Shown here one piece after another: positions 44,442 through 53,918 of a DNA stretch of 64,000 bases; within the stretch, counting starts at the first letter, position 1; every line of letters starts with the position of its first letter. The notes under the pieces are model-generated. The model was not told the origin of the DNA. It made no database searches and was given only the letters and a program-made list of their open reading frames with translations. The stretch is from Pseudobdellovibrionaceae bacterium (lineage in GTDB: Bacteria; Bdellovibrionota; Bdellovibrionia; Bdellovibrionales; Bdellovibrionaceae): the NCBI GenBank assembly GCA_039810425.1, contig JBDHWW010000012.1:1-64000 (forward strand), in the 5' to 3' direction. The position numbers and the translations under genes were made by a program.

Positions 44442-45422
44442 TTAATAACTTGTCGGTTTGACCACGAACTCATAGGTCGTGGCTTCAGACTTCTTAAGGC
44501 CCGCGGACTCGGCCCACGCAGTGATGCGATAACGTCCTGGCTTCATGGCTTTGTCTAAAATCACTTCCTTGGCATTTTTCGAAGTGAATTTATCAACCGG
44601 AATCCATTCGTCACCAAAAAAGTACCGATACTCGAGGGTCCCGACGGTGTCGGCAACGGTAGAAGTCGCTTTCCAGCGAAGAGTCGGCACTCCTTTGGTT
44701 TGCGGCAAACGGTGAGTTTTTAGTTTCGGATCCGTCACGTCCGGCACTTCTTCAAAGGCGAACACCGGTTTTTCAAGCTGCACAGTTTCGATCACGGCTT
44801 GCCCAGGCAAGGTCACGGGCTCCGACTCAATGCCATCGGCCCCCACGGAAGTCAGTGTTGCCGTATAGGTGCCGGCTTTCAGGTGGGTCTTATAGGCAAA
44901 GCCTTTAATAAGTTCTTCACAAACACTCTGGCCGTTTTGATCAGTCACCTTCACGCGAAACTGCGTTGCCCCTGGAGCTTCGCCCCAATGCCACATCACC
45001 TCGCCGGTCAAAGTTTTCGGATCAATCACGCCCTTCGTAGCAACTGCTTTTTCGGGGAGCTTCGCCGGCTTTGGCTGTACAGTGAACTCGGTTAAGACCG
45101 ACCACTCCCCATAGACTTTCCGGTCATCCGCCACGCGGCTACGGACTTTGTATCTTCCGACTTTGAATTTAAATTTGAAGACATTGTTCGGAGATTTAAA
45201 CACCGCAAGGGTTTTTCCCTCGTAGTTTTGAAATTCCGTCTCATAGAACTTCGCTCCCGCGATTCTTTCCCATTCAAGTTCTACCGGAACTTTCTCGCTT
45301 TCAACCGCCAAGTGATGGGCCGTCGGCGCCGGTGCCGGTGCCGGGACCGGGGCTTTCTCTTCGGCCATCGCCGCCCAAGCCAGCAAGAGCGGAAAAAGAA
45401 CGCTACTTCTTAGGAGCTTCAT
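44442..45422 (-). CDS. Secreted protein with fibronectin-III-like beta-sandwich domains
   Basis: W..Y...GRYKVRSR...GEWS-type FN3 patterns about three times; PA-rich linker. Confidence 0.7.
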   Translation of the reverse strand: MKLLRSSVLFPLLLAWAAMAEEKAPVPAPAPAPTAHHLAVESEKVPVELEWERIAGAKFYETEFQNYEGKTLAVFKSPNNVFKFKFKVGRYKVRSRVADDRKVYGEWSVLTEFTVQPKPAKLPEKAVATKGVIDPKTLTGEVMWHWGEAPGATQFRVKVTDQNGQSVCEELIKGFAYKTHLKAGTYTATLTSVGADGIESEPVTLPGQAVIETVQLEKPVFAFEEVPDVTDPKLKTHRLPQTKGVPTLRWKATSTVADTVGTLEYRYFFGDEWIPVDKFTSKNAKEVILDKAMKPGRYRITAWAESAGLKKSEATTYEFVVKPTSY

Positions 45423-46314
45423 CGAGATCCTCTTTACCTTGGGGAGGCAAAGACTGCTTCGCCAGGCGGAGCGCCAAGTTCATCGCGTTGGTATGATCGA
45501 TGGTAATCTTATTTGAGCCCAGCGCATACTCCATCGCGGCCTGGAAATTCTCAGGGGCTTTCGGGCCATAGGCGAAAACCTTCGGCACGAGATTCAAAGA
45601 ATCAATCACTGAAAGGCCCATGCGTTTATCCGCGCGCAAAAAAGTATAGAACTTCTCGAAAGAATCATAAAGGCCGCCGGGAAACTTCGGCGTGTGGTCC
45701 ACGATCTTTAACGCCAATTCCGCGCACTGGCGCAGTGGCAACGCCGCCTTGTCATTATGGGTGCAAAACTTCACAAGCTTGATAAAGTCCTCGCGCACAT
45801 CTTTTGCTTTTCCTTCGTAATCACGCGAGAGCTGAAAGCTGACTTTATAGGCCGTGGCGAAGTCAAAATCGAGAACACTTTCAAGATACATCTTCGCGAA
45901 CACTTCGTTGAAGTTGTTCAAGCGCTCATCATCTAAAACCGCAAAATCCAAACCGACTTCAACGGCTTTGGTGAGAGCCACGCCGGTTTTCTTCATCATC
46001 TCATAGGCCTTAAAGAAACGATTTGCCGAACCATTGCAGCCTTTGCTGATTTGCAATGAGAGGCGTGCGCCTTTTTCTTCACCAAGCGCAAGATCGCGGT
46101 CTTGCATCAATCCTTCGTAGGCTGTTTGAAACTCCTTGAAGCTCTCGCACGCTTTGCTTTTGTTACTAAAAGCCGCCGACAGATCCACGCCGCCGCTATG
46201 CGGACCGACCGTGTAGGTGTTCTCGCGCTCTTGCGGGGATTTTACCTCCACCGCCGGAGCACGCATAACACAGAGAAGACTGATGAGGTAAATTGCCGTC
46301 TGCAGGGCCTTCAT
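45403..46314 (-). CDS. Secreted helical-repeat hypothetical protein
   Basis: Signal peptide and six ~38-aa repeats. Confidence 0.75.
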   Translation of the reverse strand: MKALQTAIYLISLLCVMRAPAVEVKSPQERENTYTVGPHSGGVDLSAAFSNKSKACESFKEFQTAYEGLMQDRDLALGEEKGARLSLQISKGCNGSANRFFKAYEMMKKTGVALTKAVEVGLDFAVLDDERLNNFNEVFAKMYLESVLDFDFATAYKVSFQLSRDYEGKAKDVREDFIKLVKFCTHNDKAALPLRQCAELALKIVDHTPKFPGGLYDSFEKFYTFLRADKRMGLSVIDSLNLVPKVFAYGPKAPENFQAAMEYALGSNKITIDHTNAMNLALRLAKQSLPPQGKEDLDEAPKK

Positions 46315-47138
46315 CAGAAGCTCCAGTTGGCGCTCAACTGCGGAGTGAACTCTTTAGTGTCTTTGTGATACTGCCAGTCAAAACCAACGAACGGAGTGTA
46401 GATTTTGCGCTTATACTCAAGTTGCTTGTTCCAGTTATCGACATAGCGGTTGCTGAACATCCAAGGCAGGAACGAAGCCACTAAACCAACTGCGGCATAA
46501 GTACGCACATCGCCATTGGCTTGTGACGCCACGGCGATATTCGCAAGACCATTCAGAGTGACAGAGACCGTGGTCAGCATGTTAATCAAATGCGCCGGCT
46601 TTTCAAGGGCCTCTTCCGCCATGCGCTCGCGCAAAAGTTCGCTGCGTTTATCCGTCGTTTTCATTGGCCTAATGCGTTTGTAGGCATCGCCATACAGGTC
46701 ACTTTTAATGAGGTAAACCGAAAGCCCCAAACCTCCGATTCCGACCGCCATCGCGGCCATCGCCAGGTTATCGCTGTCTTTTTTTTCTTGATCTAAAATG
46801 ACGTTGTCTTTGTAATTTCCGCGCAAACGATTCCCGGCCAAAACAGTTGCAATTGATGAAACTTGGTAGGGCCAAAACGCCACCCAGCCGTAGTCTTTTT
46901 CATTTTGAGTTTCCATGGCCAGGCGATCCGACGCGCGGGGAACCACTTGCAACTCCGGATAATCGAGGCCTTTTAAGATATCATCGTCCTTGCTTTCACG
47001 CGGTGGAATCACCACGCTCTTGGAAGCTTCTTTTGCGGATTCTTTGACGGTAGCCGCTTCTTTTTTCTCTTGTGCCCAAGCCAACTGGGCAGAAAGGACC
47101 AACGACAGGACAACACCGAAAGACACAGCTCTTTTCAT
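46314..47138 (-). CDS. Exported or membrane hypothetical protein
   Basis: Signal peptide, hydrophobic helices, C-terminal LSANWSF. Confidence 0.75.
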   Translation of the reverse strand: MKRAVSFGVVLSLVLSAQLAWAQEKKEAATVKESAKEASKSVVIPPRESKDDDILKGLDYPELQVVPRASDRLAMETQNEKDYGWVAFWPYQVSSIATVLAGNRLRGNYKDNVILDQEKKDSDNLAMAAMAVGIGGLGLSVYLIKSDLYGDAYKRIRPMKTTDKRSELLRERMAEEALEKPAHLINMLTTVSVTLNGLANIAVASQANGDVRTYAAVGLVASFLPWMFSNRYVDNWNKQLEYKRKIYTPFVGFDWQYHKDTKEFTPQLSANWSF

Positions 47139-47239
47139 ACACTTCCCTTACGTGTTTGAGTATTTTTCCTTTCTAGCATAGACGAGGAAGGCGGGAGTGG
47201 GTACTGGACCGGAGACCAAACGTGGCTTTGGTAAGAGTT

Positions 47240-47668
47240 TTATTTTCTCGAGAGAATTGTTTTGAACGCCGTCTCTAAAAACTCATGTGAATCGGGCTCA
47301 GAAGCTTTCAGCATGCCCTGATAGGCTTTGGTAACATCGACGAGGCTGGCGCCCGCCGGCAGGCCGAGCACCTCATATGCGTCCCAAGTGTGGCCATTAT
47401 AATTAAATAAAATATTAAGATCTTTGCTTTCACCGCTCGGAAGTGGTGTTTCTTCGAGGTACTTCTGATAGCGCGGGTGACTGTAGCGGCCACTCTGGGT
47501 TCTTACCCCATTCCGGTTTTTTTGCAATACACCGCCCGGGTTTTGATTCCCCTCCTTCATTTTAAGCCGAGTGGTCTTTTTAGACGATCCTCGCCGCCCA
47601 GCGAGAAACCAGATGATAAAGAACGATAAAATAGCGATGTTGATAAGCAAAAACTGTTGGCTATTCAC
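47240..47668 (-). CDS. Membrane-anchored protein with a truncated J-domain-like C-terminus
   Basis: N-terminal TM helix; DAYEVLGL..GAS...V.KAY. Confidence 0.7.
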   Translation of the reverse strand: MNSQQFLLINIAILSFFIIWFLAGRRGSSKKTTRLKMKEGNQNPGGVLQKNRNGVRTQSGRYSHPRYQKYLEETPLPSGESKDLNILFNYNGHTWDAYEVLGLPAGASLVDVTKAYQGMLKASEPDSHEFLETAFKTILSRK

Positions 47669-47719
47669 TTAATTTTTATTATTGGTGTTGAGCGCTTATT
47701 TAGCAAGTAGGAGTTCTCA

Positions 47720-48514
47720 ATGGCCACCCCTAATCCTTTCGACCAACAAGTCGCTATTCCTGGAGTTAAACACATTATTGCTGTGAGTTCGGGCAAGGGA
47801 GGCGTCGGCAAAAGCACGGTTGCTGCAAATCTAGCCACGGCCCTTGGGCAGAAGAATAAGGTTGGACTGCTGGACGCTGATATCTACGGCCCGAGTATTC
47901 CGCGCATGTTAGGTTCTTTGAATCAAAAACCGGGCATCAATTCCGCCCAACGCCTCGAGCCGGTTCAAAGATACGGTATCAAATTGATGAGTATTGGCTT
48001 CTTGATCGATGAAAATGCCGCCGTCGTTTGGCGTGGTCCTATGCTCTTTAAAGCCATGGACCAATTCCTGCGTGACGTGGAATGGGGTGAACTGGATTAC
48101 CTCGTGGTCGATCTTCCTCCCGGCACGGGCGACGTTCAACTGTCGTTAGCACAAAAAGTACCGGTCGCCGGGGCCGTGATGGTCTGCACTCCGCAGAACG
48201 TAGCCCTCACCGATGTCAAACGTGGCGTGGATATGTTCCAACGCGTGGGCATTCGCATGCTCGGGCTGGTTGAAAACATGTCTTACATGATCAACCCTGC
48301 AAATGGCGAAAAGATTCAGATGTTTCCTAAGGGAGAGCTCGAATCTTTCATGGCTTCAAAAGAAATTCCGAAATTGGGCGAGATTCCGTTCAACCCGTCT
48401 GTGGGGCTTTCTTGCGAAGCCGGTATTCCGATTGTTGAAAGCAACAAAAACGGCGTCGAAGCCCAGGAGTTCCTGCGCATTGCCGATCGCATTCGCGAAT
48501 TGCTGCCAGTCTAG
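47720..48514 (+). CDS. mrp: Mrp/ApbC/NBP35-family ATPase
   Basis: GKGGVGKS, DADIYGPSIP, WRGPM, DLPPGTGD and ENMS motifs. Confidence 0.93.
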   Translation: MATPNPFDQQVAIPGVKHIIAVSSGKGGVGKSTVAANLATALGQKNKVGLLDADIYGPSIPRMLGSLNQKPGINSAQRLEPVQRYGIKLMSIGFLIDENAAVVWRGPMLFKAMDQFLRDVEWGELDYLVVDLPPGTGDVQLSLAQKVPVAGAVMVCTPQNVALTDVKRGVDMFQRVGIRMLGLVENMSYMINPANGEKIQMFPKGELESFMASKEIPKLGEIPFNPSVGLSCEAGIPIVESNKNGVEAQEFLRIADRIRELLPV

Positions 48515-48862
48515 CTAGCCCATTTCCCCGCTCTCGCTACTCCTGCGCCCAGTCCGAGGATGAATCTCACTCTGAGACTCAAGCACCTGAACTTATTTGA
48601 GAATCTTCAGCAAGAAACTTTCAAAAAGACTTAGGTCTAGGTATTCTGGATTTGTTAGCGACAAGGCCCGGTTTACTTCCGCTCTGAGGGCCGGCATAAG
48701 GGGGGTTCAGAATGTTGATTCGCCATCGCGATCACAATGACAAGTCACCGAAGTGACGATGCAGTAAAAAAAGTTAGACTCTAGTTTTCGAGAAATACTC
48801 AACCCAGGATATCTTAATAGGAGGTTCCTAGCGGTCATTCTCTAAGGATTTAGATCCTTCTT

Positions 48863-48960
48863 TTGCCTCAAGGTAAACCATCGGAAACGGTGGGGCACAA
48901 AGCTACAGGGACTACAGCTCGTACACTTAAGAGCCAAGTCAGCCAGTCTGCCAAAGGTAA
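48863..48960 (+). ncRNA. c-di-GMP-I (GEMM) riboswitch aptamer
   Basis: GGTAAACCATCG-GAAA-CGGTGG-GGCACAAAGC...GGGACTAC...GTCAGCCAGTCTGCC; P1 TTGCCT/AGGTAA; G at the Vc2 G20-equivalent position. Confidence 0.9.
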
Positions 48961-49039
48961 TGAGTCACCCGAGGAGTAGGTGAGCAAATGGAAGGTCAAG
49001 TTTCTAAAAATTCTATCACGGATTGGTTTCATTCCCCTA

Positions 49040-49082
49040 GCCTATGAGTTATTAGGATTATTTCTCATAGGCACTTTTTTTT
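49040..49082 (+). terminator. Rho-independent terminator downstream of the riboswitch
   Basis: GCCTATGAG...CTCATAGGC followed by AC and T8. Confidence 0.75.
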
Positions 49083-49095
49083 GCCTATCCAGACA

Positions 49096-49650
49096 CTACG
49101 GTTCAGCCAAAGTCTTCTTCAGCAATGCCAGAAACTCCTCTGCCGAGCTATCGTAACCTTCGACTGTTTTCAAAATTTCGCCCTCTTTATTCAGCAAAAT
49201 AATATTATTCGAATGAACATAGGCGCCACCCGCTAAGCGTTTGTATTGGACGCCCAAAAGGCCCGCAAGCTCCGCCACGGTCGTTTTATCGCCACGATAG
49301 ATATTCCACTGCGCCGAAGTGATTTTGTATTTTTTCGTAAAGGCCTTTAAAGCCTCTGGAGTATCCCGCTCATGATCAAAAGAAAACAAATCCACCCCAA
49401 CCTTTTCAGCCTCTTTCGCTGACAGCTTCGACAAGAAATGCTTCACATCCCCCACCAGCATGGGGCAGGCGGAAGTGCACTGGGTGAAAACCATCGAGAC
49501 GATCCGCACCCGGCCCTTGAGATTGGCAAAGGGCTCCGTTTTGCCGTCTTGATTGGTCCACTTTCCCTGCAGGTGATACACCGAATTCGGACTCAGCGCC
49601 TGGGCACTGAAAGAAATAAGTAACAAGATGGCTACGCCAAATGATTTCAT
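49096..49650 (-). CDS. SCO1/SenC copper chaperone
   Basis: FTQCTSACP and YVHS motifs; ATGA overlap with the upstream gene. Confidence 0.9.
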   Translation of the reverse strand: MKSFGVAILLLISFSAQALSPNSVYHLQGKWTNQDGKTEPFANLKGRVRIVSMVFTQCTSACPMLVGDVKHFLSKLSAKEAEKVGVDLFSFDHERDTPEALKAFTKKYKITSAQWNIYRGDKTTVAELAGLLGVQYKRLAGGAYVHSNNIILLNKEGEILKTVEGYDSSAEEFLALLKKTLAEP

Positions 49651-50396
49651 GGCTGAATATCCTTTCCACAACGAAAACCTAAATTCTCGGTGACGTAATT
49701 TCCTTTAAGACTGCTCCGAAACGCAAACCGCATGAAGGTCGCATACTCCTCCGTCGAGGCCGCGCCGAGGGAACCACTGCCGCAAAAAAGGTTTTTTTCG
49801 CGGCTATTGTCCGAGCGTGAGTCCCCTTTGATCATCACCGAGGCATAATCCTCAACCCACTCCCAAATCAGCCCGTGCATATCATACACGCCGAATTTAT
49901 TAGCTTTGCCGGTCTTGACCGCGCCGAGTTGCGAGTTCGGACGCCCGTACCATTCCAGGATTTTTTCCGCATGGGCGGGATTTTCACTGTCGCTCGCATA
50001 CTCCCACTCGTTCACCGTCAATAAACGCTTGCCCTTGGACTCGCAGTACTTTCTTGCGGCAAACCAGGAGACCGAAACCACCGGATAGCTTTCCTTACCG
50101 GCAGGGATCGTCTCCGCATTCGGCCAGCCCTGCAGATAATTCGTGGTCGCAAAAACTGTCGGTACCGCCGCCTTTTTCCATTCAGGATTTTTCTTTACAA
50201 ACTCCAAATAGTCTTTGTTAGTGACTGGGAATTTATCAATAAAAAAGGAACTCACCGGGGCGAATTCCTTTTGGTCTTTTTCTTTATAGAACAATTTATA
50301 AGCGCCGGCCTTTACTTCGACCATGCCCGCCGGGAGTGGCTCCGCCGCCACCTTGCCCGCAAGTAGGAGAGTAAAAATCAGCGCCGGGAGCTTCAT
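49647..50396 (-). CDS. FGE-sulfatase (SUMF1)-domain protein, NirV-like
   Basis: PVTNKDY, PVVSVSW, EWEYA, DMHGLIWEW and LGFRC; directly downstream of nirK. Confidence 0.88.
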   Translation of the reverse strand: MKLPALIFTLLLAGKVAAEPLPAGMVEVKAGAYKLFYKEKDQKEFAPVSSFFIDKFPVTNKDYLEFVKKNPEWKKAAVPTVFATTNYLQGWPNAETIPAGKESYPVVSVSWFAARKYCESKGKRLLTVNEWEYASDSENPAHAEKILEWYGRPNSQLGAVKTGKANKFGVYDMHGLIWEWVEDYASVMIKGDSRSDNSREKNLFCGSGSLGAASTEEYATFMRFAFRSSLKGNYVTENLGFRCGKDIQP

Positions 50397-50399
50397 AAC

Positions 50400-51818
50400 C
50401 TATTTCCCGCGAAGGGCTTTGACTTCTTTCATATTTACAAGGTCCCCTTTGTTGCCCCATGAGTTGCGCACATAAGTCAGAACATTGGCAACATCGTCGT
50501 CACTCAAGCCCAACGCCGGCATCACCCCATTGTAAACTTGACCATTCACTTTCACGTCGCCAGTCAAGCCGTTGAGCACGACACCGATGGCTCTCTTCTT
50601 ATCTTTCATCAAGAAATCAGATTTTGCCAGTGGTGGGAACGCATTTGGGATCCCCTCTCCTTGCAATTGGTGGCAGGCCGCGCAATTTTGTGCGTAGACA
50701 GTTTTGCCGACTTCCATGCGCTGAGCAAAAGTTTTCTCAGTGATTTCTTCTTTTTTCTCAGCCACTGGGATTTCCTGGATCGCCCCGCCTTCTGGCAGAT
50801 AGATTCCGTCCTCAGTTTTTCCACTGTAGATGGTTGCATCTTTGTCCCCTTCGACTTTCAACATTCCCAAGGCGCCTTTGTTAAACGCACGGAAGATCGA
50901 GTGGTCGACCAGAATGTAAGTCGCAGGAATCTCAGTTTTGAATTCAACAATCGCAGAACCGCCCGCCGGGATTAAAGTCGTTTGCACGTTTTTCTGGTTC
51001 GGGATGATGCCGCCCTCAGTGTAAACCTGATCAAAAATCTCACCGATGACATGGAATGAAGAAACCAAACTCGGTCCACCGTTGCCGACGAACATACGAA
51101 TGGTGTCTCCCGCCTTTGCTTTCAGGGCGTTGTCATTGGTAATAGCGCCGACGGAACCGTTGAAGACCACATAATCCGGCTGCTCTTTCACCGCTTTAGT
51201 CATGTCAAACGGCTGCAGGCCACGGGCGCCGTATTTGCCTTTGGTATAGAACTCGCTCTGAAGAACATAGAATTCCTTGCTCACTGGTGGCAGACCTTTT
51301 TCAGGCTCCACCAAAATCAGGCCATACATTCCGTTTGCAATATGCATCCCGACGGGAGCCGTCGCGCAATGGTAAATATAAAGACCCGCATTGAGTGCAC
51401 GGAAAGAAAAGGTTGAGCTGTGACCTGGGGCTGTGAAGGAGCCTTCCGCCCCTCCCCCTTGGCCAGTCACCGCATGAAGGTCAATATTGTGCGGCATTTT
51501 GCTGCTAGGATGGTTGGCTAAAGTAAAATCGACATAGTCCCCTTCACGAATACGAATGAAAGGTCCCGGAACCGAGCCTCCGAAAGTCCAAAAAGTGTAG
51601 TCAACTCCGTCGGCCAGTCTTTTAACAACTTCCTTTGTTTCAAGATGGATTTTCACACGTGCTGGTTTTTTCCTGGTGATTGGTGGTGGAACGTCCGGGG
51701 CATGTGTTAAGACAGCCTTTTCCACAGGTAAAGAGTTAATATCGATTTTTTCAGCACTCCAAGCAGTTTCCAACGCTAGAATGACAGCAACCGACGAGAC
51801 AAGTTTCAGGGTTTTCAT
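50400..51818 (-). CDS. nirK: Copper nitrite reductase with a C-terminal cytochrome c domain
   Basis: PHNIDLH, YHCA, MHIANGM, SFHVIG and VDH Cu-site motifs; CAACH haem motif. Confidence 0.96.
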   Translation of the reverse strand: MKTLKLVSSVAVILALETAWSAEKIDINSLPVEKAVLTHAPDVPPPITRKKPARVKIHLETKEVVKRLADGVDYTFWTFGGSVPGPFIRIREGDYVDFTLANHPSSKMPHNIDLHAVTGQGGGAEGSFTAPGHSSTFSFRALNAGLYIYHCATAPVGMHIANGMYGLILVEPEKGLPPVSKEFYVLQSEFYTKGKYGARGLQPFDMTKAVKEQPDYVVFNGSVGAITNDNALKAKAGDTIRMFVGNGGPSLVSSFHVIGEIFDQVYTEGGIIPNQKNVQTTLIPAGGSAIVEFKTEIPATYILVDHSIFRAFNKGALGMLKVEGDKDATIYSGKTEDGIYLPEGGAIQEIPVAEKKEEITEKTFAQRMEVGKTVYAQNCAACHQLQGEGIPNAFPPLAKSDFLMKDKKRAIGVVLNGLTGDVKVNGQVYNGVMPALGLSDDDVANVLTYVRNSWGNKGDLVNMKEVKALRGK

Positions 51819-51865
51819 TTGAGCCTCCGATATCTATAGATTAATATAGTATGTGTAAGTGCAAA

Positions 51866-51879
51866 TTGATTTGAATCAA
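51866..51879. promoter_or_regulatory. FNR/DNR box
   Basis: Perfect TTGAT-TTGA-ATCAA between nirK and the Crp/Fnr gene. Confidence 0.88.
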
Positions 51880-51924
51880 ATTGTTTAGATTTCGTTCCAT
51901 CTGGACCACCTCAGGAGAGAGCTT

Positions 51925-52599
51925 GTGACAAAAAGTCCCAACCCCGCCCTTTTTAAAACCCGCCCCACGGATCATTGTCCCATCTGCTCGACCCAAGAAG
52001 AGACAGTGACCAACCAGATTCTGAAGACCCTTCAGCATAAGACCTACCCTAAAGGAACAATTGTTTTTAGCCAAGAGCAAGCCAGCAGCGGACTTTTCCT
52101 GGTCTACAAAGGTACCATCAAAGTGTCGCGCATTTCTCCTGCGGGAAAAGAAATTATTATCGAGATTTTGGGTTCTAGAAAGACTCTGGGCGAAAGCAGT
52201 CTCTTTGGCCAAGGCCAGCACTCCGATACGGCCGTCACCGCCGAGACTGCGGAACTGTTTCTCATCCCTAAAGATGATTTCAAAAAACTTCTGGCAGATC
52301 ATCCTCAACTTTATCAAAATGTTCTCCACAGCCTGGTTCAATGGATGGATAAGCTCAATGCAGTGATCGAGAATATCAATATTTCGTCCGCTAAGGATAG
52401 AATTTATGCCTATCTGATGAAAATGCAAAAAGAACAACAGCGAACCCTGATCCATCTCACTGGCAAAAAACACGAAGTCGCGTTGATGTTAGGACTTCGT
52501 CCCGAGACCTTTTCACGCACGCTGGCGGAACTCGAAACCGAGGGGTTGATTAAAATGAATCACAAACAGATTCAGATTTTGGTCAGCAAAGAAACTTAG
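51925..52599 (+). CDS. Crp/Fnr-family regulator
   Basis: cNMP-binding fold, HTH RPETFSR, N-terminal CPIC. Confidence 0.9.
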   Translation: MTKSPNPALFKTRPTDHCPICSTQEETVTNQILKTLQHKTYPKGTIVFSQEQASSGLFLVYKGTIKVSRISPAGKEIIIEILGSRKTLGESSLFGQGQHSDTAVTAETAELFLIPKDDFKKLLADHPQLYQNVLHSLVQWMDKLNAVIENINISSAKDRIYAYLMKMQKEQQRTLIHLTGKKHEVALMLGLRPETFSRTLAELETEGLIKMNHKQIQILVSKET

Positions 52600-52622
52600 A
52601 TCTAACAATCAATTGCTAGGCG

Positions 52623-53762
52623 TTATGCCACCGACTTCAGACGCAAAATCTTGGGCAGAAACACGCCTCCCCAGACGAGCAGCCCTAGAATCCAGGCATA
52701 CGATGCATAGACAAGATGCGACTGGTAAATATGGGGAGCAAATCCCGCCGACAAACGCGTAAGCCCCGCAAGAATCACCAGAAGCGCGCCAAAGAGCAAT
52801 GCCTTGGAGTTCTTTTCGAGGCTCATGTCATGCTTGCCATGGGACAAACACACTCGAGTCGCGATCATCAAAGTCATGAGCGCAAGGCCGGAAACAAAGA
52901 CCACGTGCAGAAGATGAATACGATAGTCCGGAAACAAAGCGACGCCCCATTGTCCCAGAACAAGAAACCAAGCCGAGCCCCACAGCCAGAAGGCTTGACG
53001 GTCCTTACGTTTCGGCCGCTTGTGCAAATGCCAGAAATTAAACCCAATCACCGAGAACACGACCGCCCGCAAAACATTCGCCGTTTGAAAGTGATAAAAT
53101 ACTTCCAAGATGTAGGTCATAAAAAAGATCACGGCTAGCGCCACAAACACTCTTAGCTTCGGCGGCAGACGTCCCTCCAAGGGCATCGGCGCCCATCCCA
53201 GCAAAGCCGGAATCAGCCGGCTGCCGACCCCCATCACCAACGAAAGAATATACGCCTGAAGAAAAAACAACCGTCCGAGATTAAAAATATTCCCGGGAAC
53301 ATCCATGACTTCAGCGCACAACAAGACTCCATTTCCGACGAGGCCCGAAATCAAACCGAATCCCACGAACACGAAGGCATCCGGAGGATTGATCTTGCGG
53401 GCCAAAAAGCGACGGCCCAAGAACTGGATCAAAAATAAAAACAGAAGAAGATCAACGACATAGAAAAAGGTCTTTTCCGCAATCACCGCACCGACAAGAA
53501 GCAAGGCTATCAAGCCCTGGGCGGCGATGTGTTCCCACTTTTGCGGCCCAAACGACTCCGTAAACCGCGGGGCCGCCGTCATTAAAAATCCGCACACAAA
53601 ACAGAGAAAGAAGCCTCCCATCATGATTTCCGGGTGAAACAGGCCCGGATACACGCTCCACTGGTGGGGGAACAAAATCCAGAGCAAAACGCCCCAAATC
53701 CCCAAAATCCAGCCAGCCGGAAAAAAGTACCTGTAACCGTCAAGTTGCACTGATGCACCCAT
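52623..53762 (-). CDS. nnrS: NnrS family membrane protein
   Basis: YRYFFPAG, HPEIMMGGF, GFLMTAAPRF and MIATRVCLSHG. Confidence 0.85.
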   Translation of the reverse strand: MGASVQLDGYRYFFPAGWILGIWGVLLWILFPHQWSVYPGLFHPEIMMGGFFLCFVCGFLMTAAPRFTESFGPQKWEHIAAQGLIALLLVGAVIAEKTFFYVVDLLLFLFLIQFLGRRFLARKINPPDAFVFVGFGLISGLVGNGVLLCAEVMDVPGNIFNLGRLFFLQAYILSLVMGVGSRLIPALLGWAPMPLEGRLPPKLRVFVALAVIFFMTYILEVFYHFQTANVLRAVVFSVIGFNFWHLHKRPKRKDRQAFWLWGSAWFLVLGQWGVALFPDYRIHLLHVVFVSGLALMTLMIATRVCLSHGKHDMSLEKNSKALLFGALLVILAGLTRLSAGFAPHIYQSHLVYASYAWILGLLVWGGVFLPKILRLKSVA

Positions 53763-53811
53763 AAAAACCTCATTTCAAAACCAATGTATCAGATCGGTTC
53801 ACAGGTCGTAC

Positions 53812-53825
53812 ATGATCGAGGTCAA
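53812..53825. promoter_or_regulatory. FNR-like box upstream of nnrS
   Basis: ATGAT-CGAG-GTCAA. Confidence 0.65.
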
Positions 53826-53857
53826 AAAAAGATCAAATGATAAAAGAATGGAAAAAT

Positions 53858-53871
53858 ATGACCTGGATCAT
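53858..53871. promoter_or_regulatory. FNR-like box upstream of the second Crp/Fnr gene
   Basis: ATGAC-CTGG-ATCAT inside a longer inverted repeat GGAAAAATATGA..TCATATTTTCC. Confidence 0.6.
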
Positions 53872-53918
53872 ATTTTCCCGGTTCAGGTTCAGGCATTCTA
53901 ATAACAAGGAGGCCCAAA

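Noticed and set aside
48863..48960. c-AMP-GMP (GEMM-Ib) specificity for the riboswitch
   Set aside because: The discriminating position is G, not A
51841..52473. 210-aa ORF on the - strand
   Set aside because: Antisense to the well-supported Crp/Fnr gene, and it runs over the FNR box
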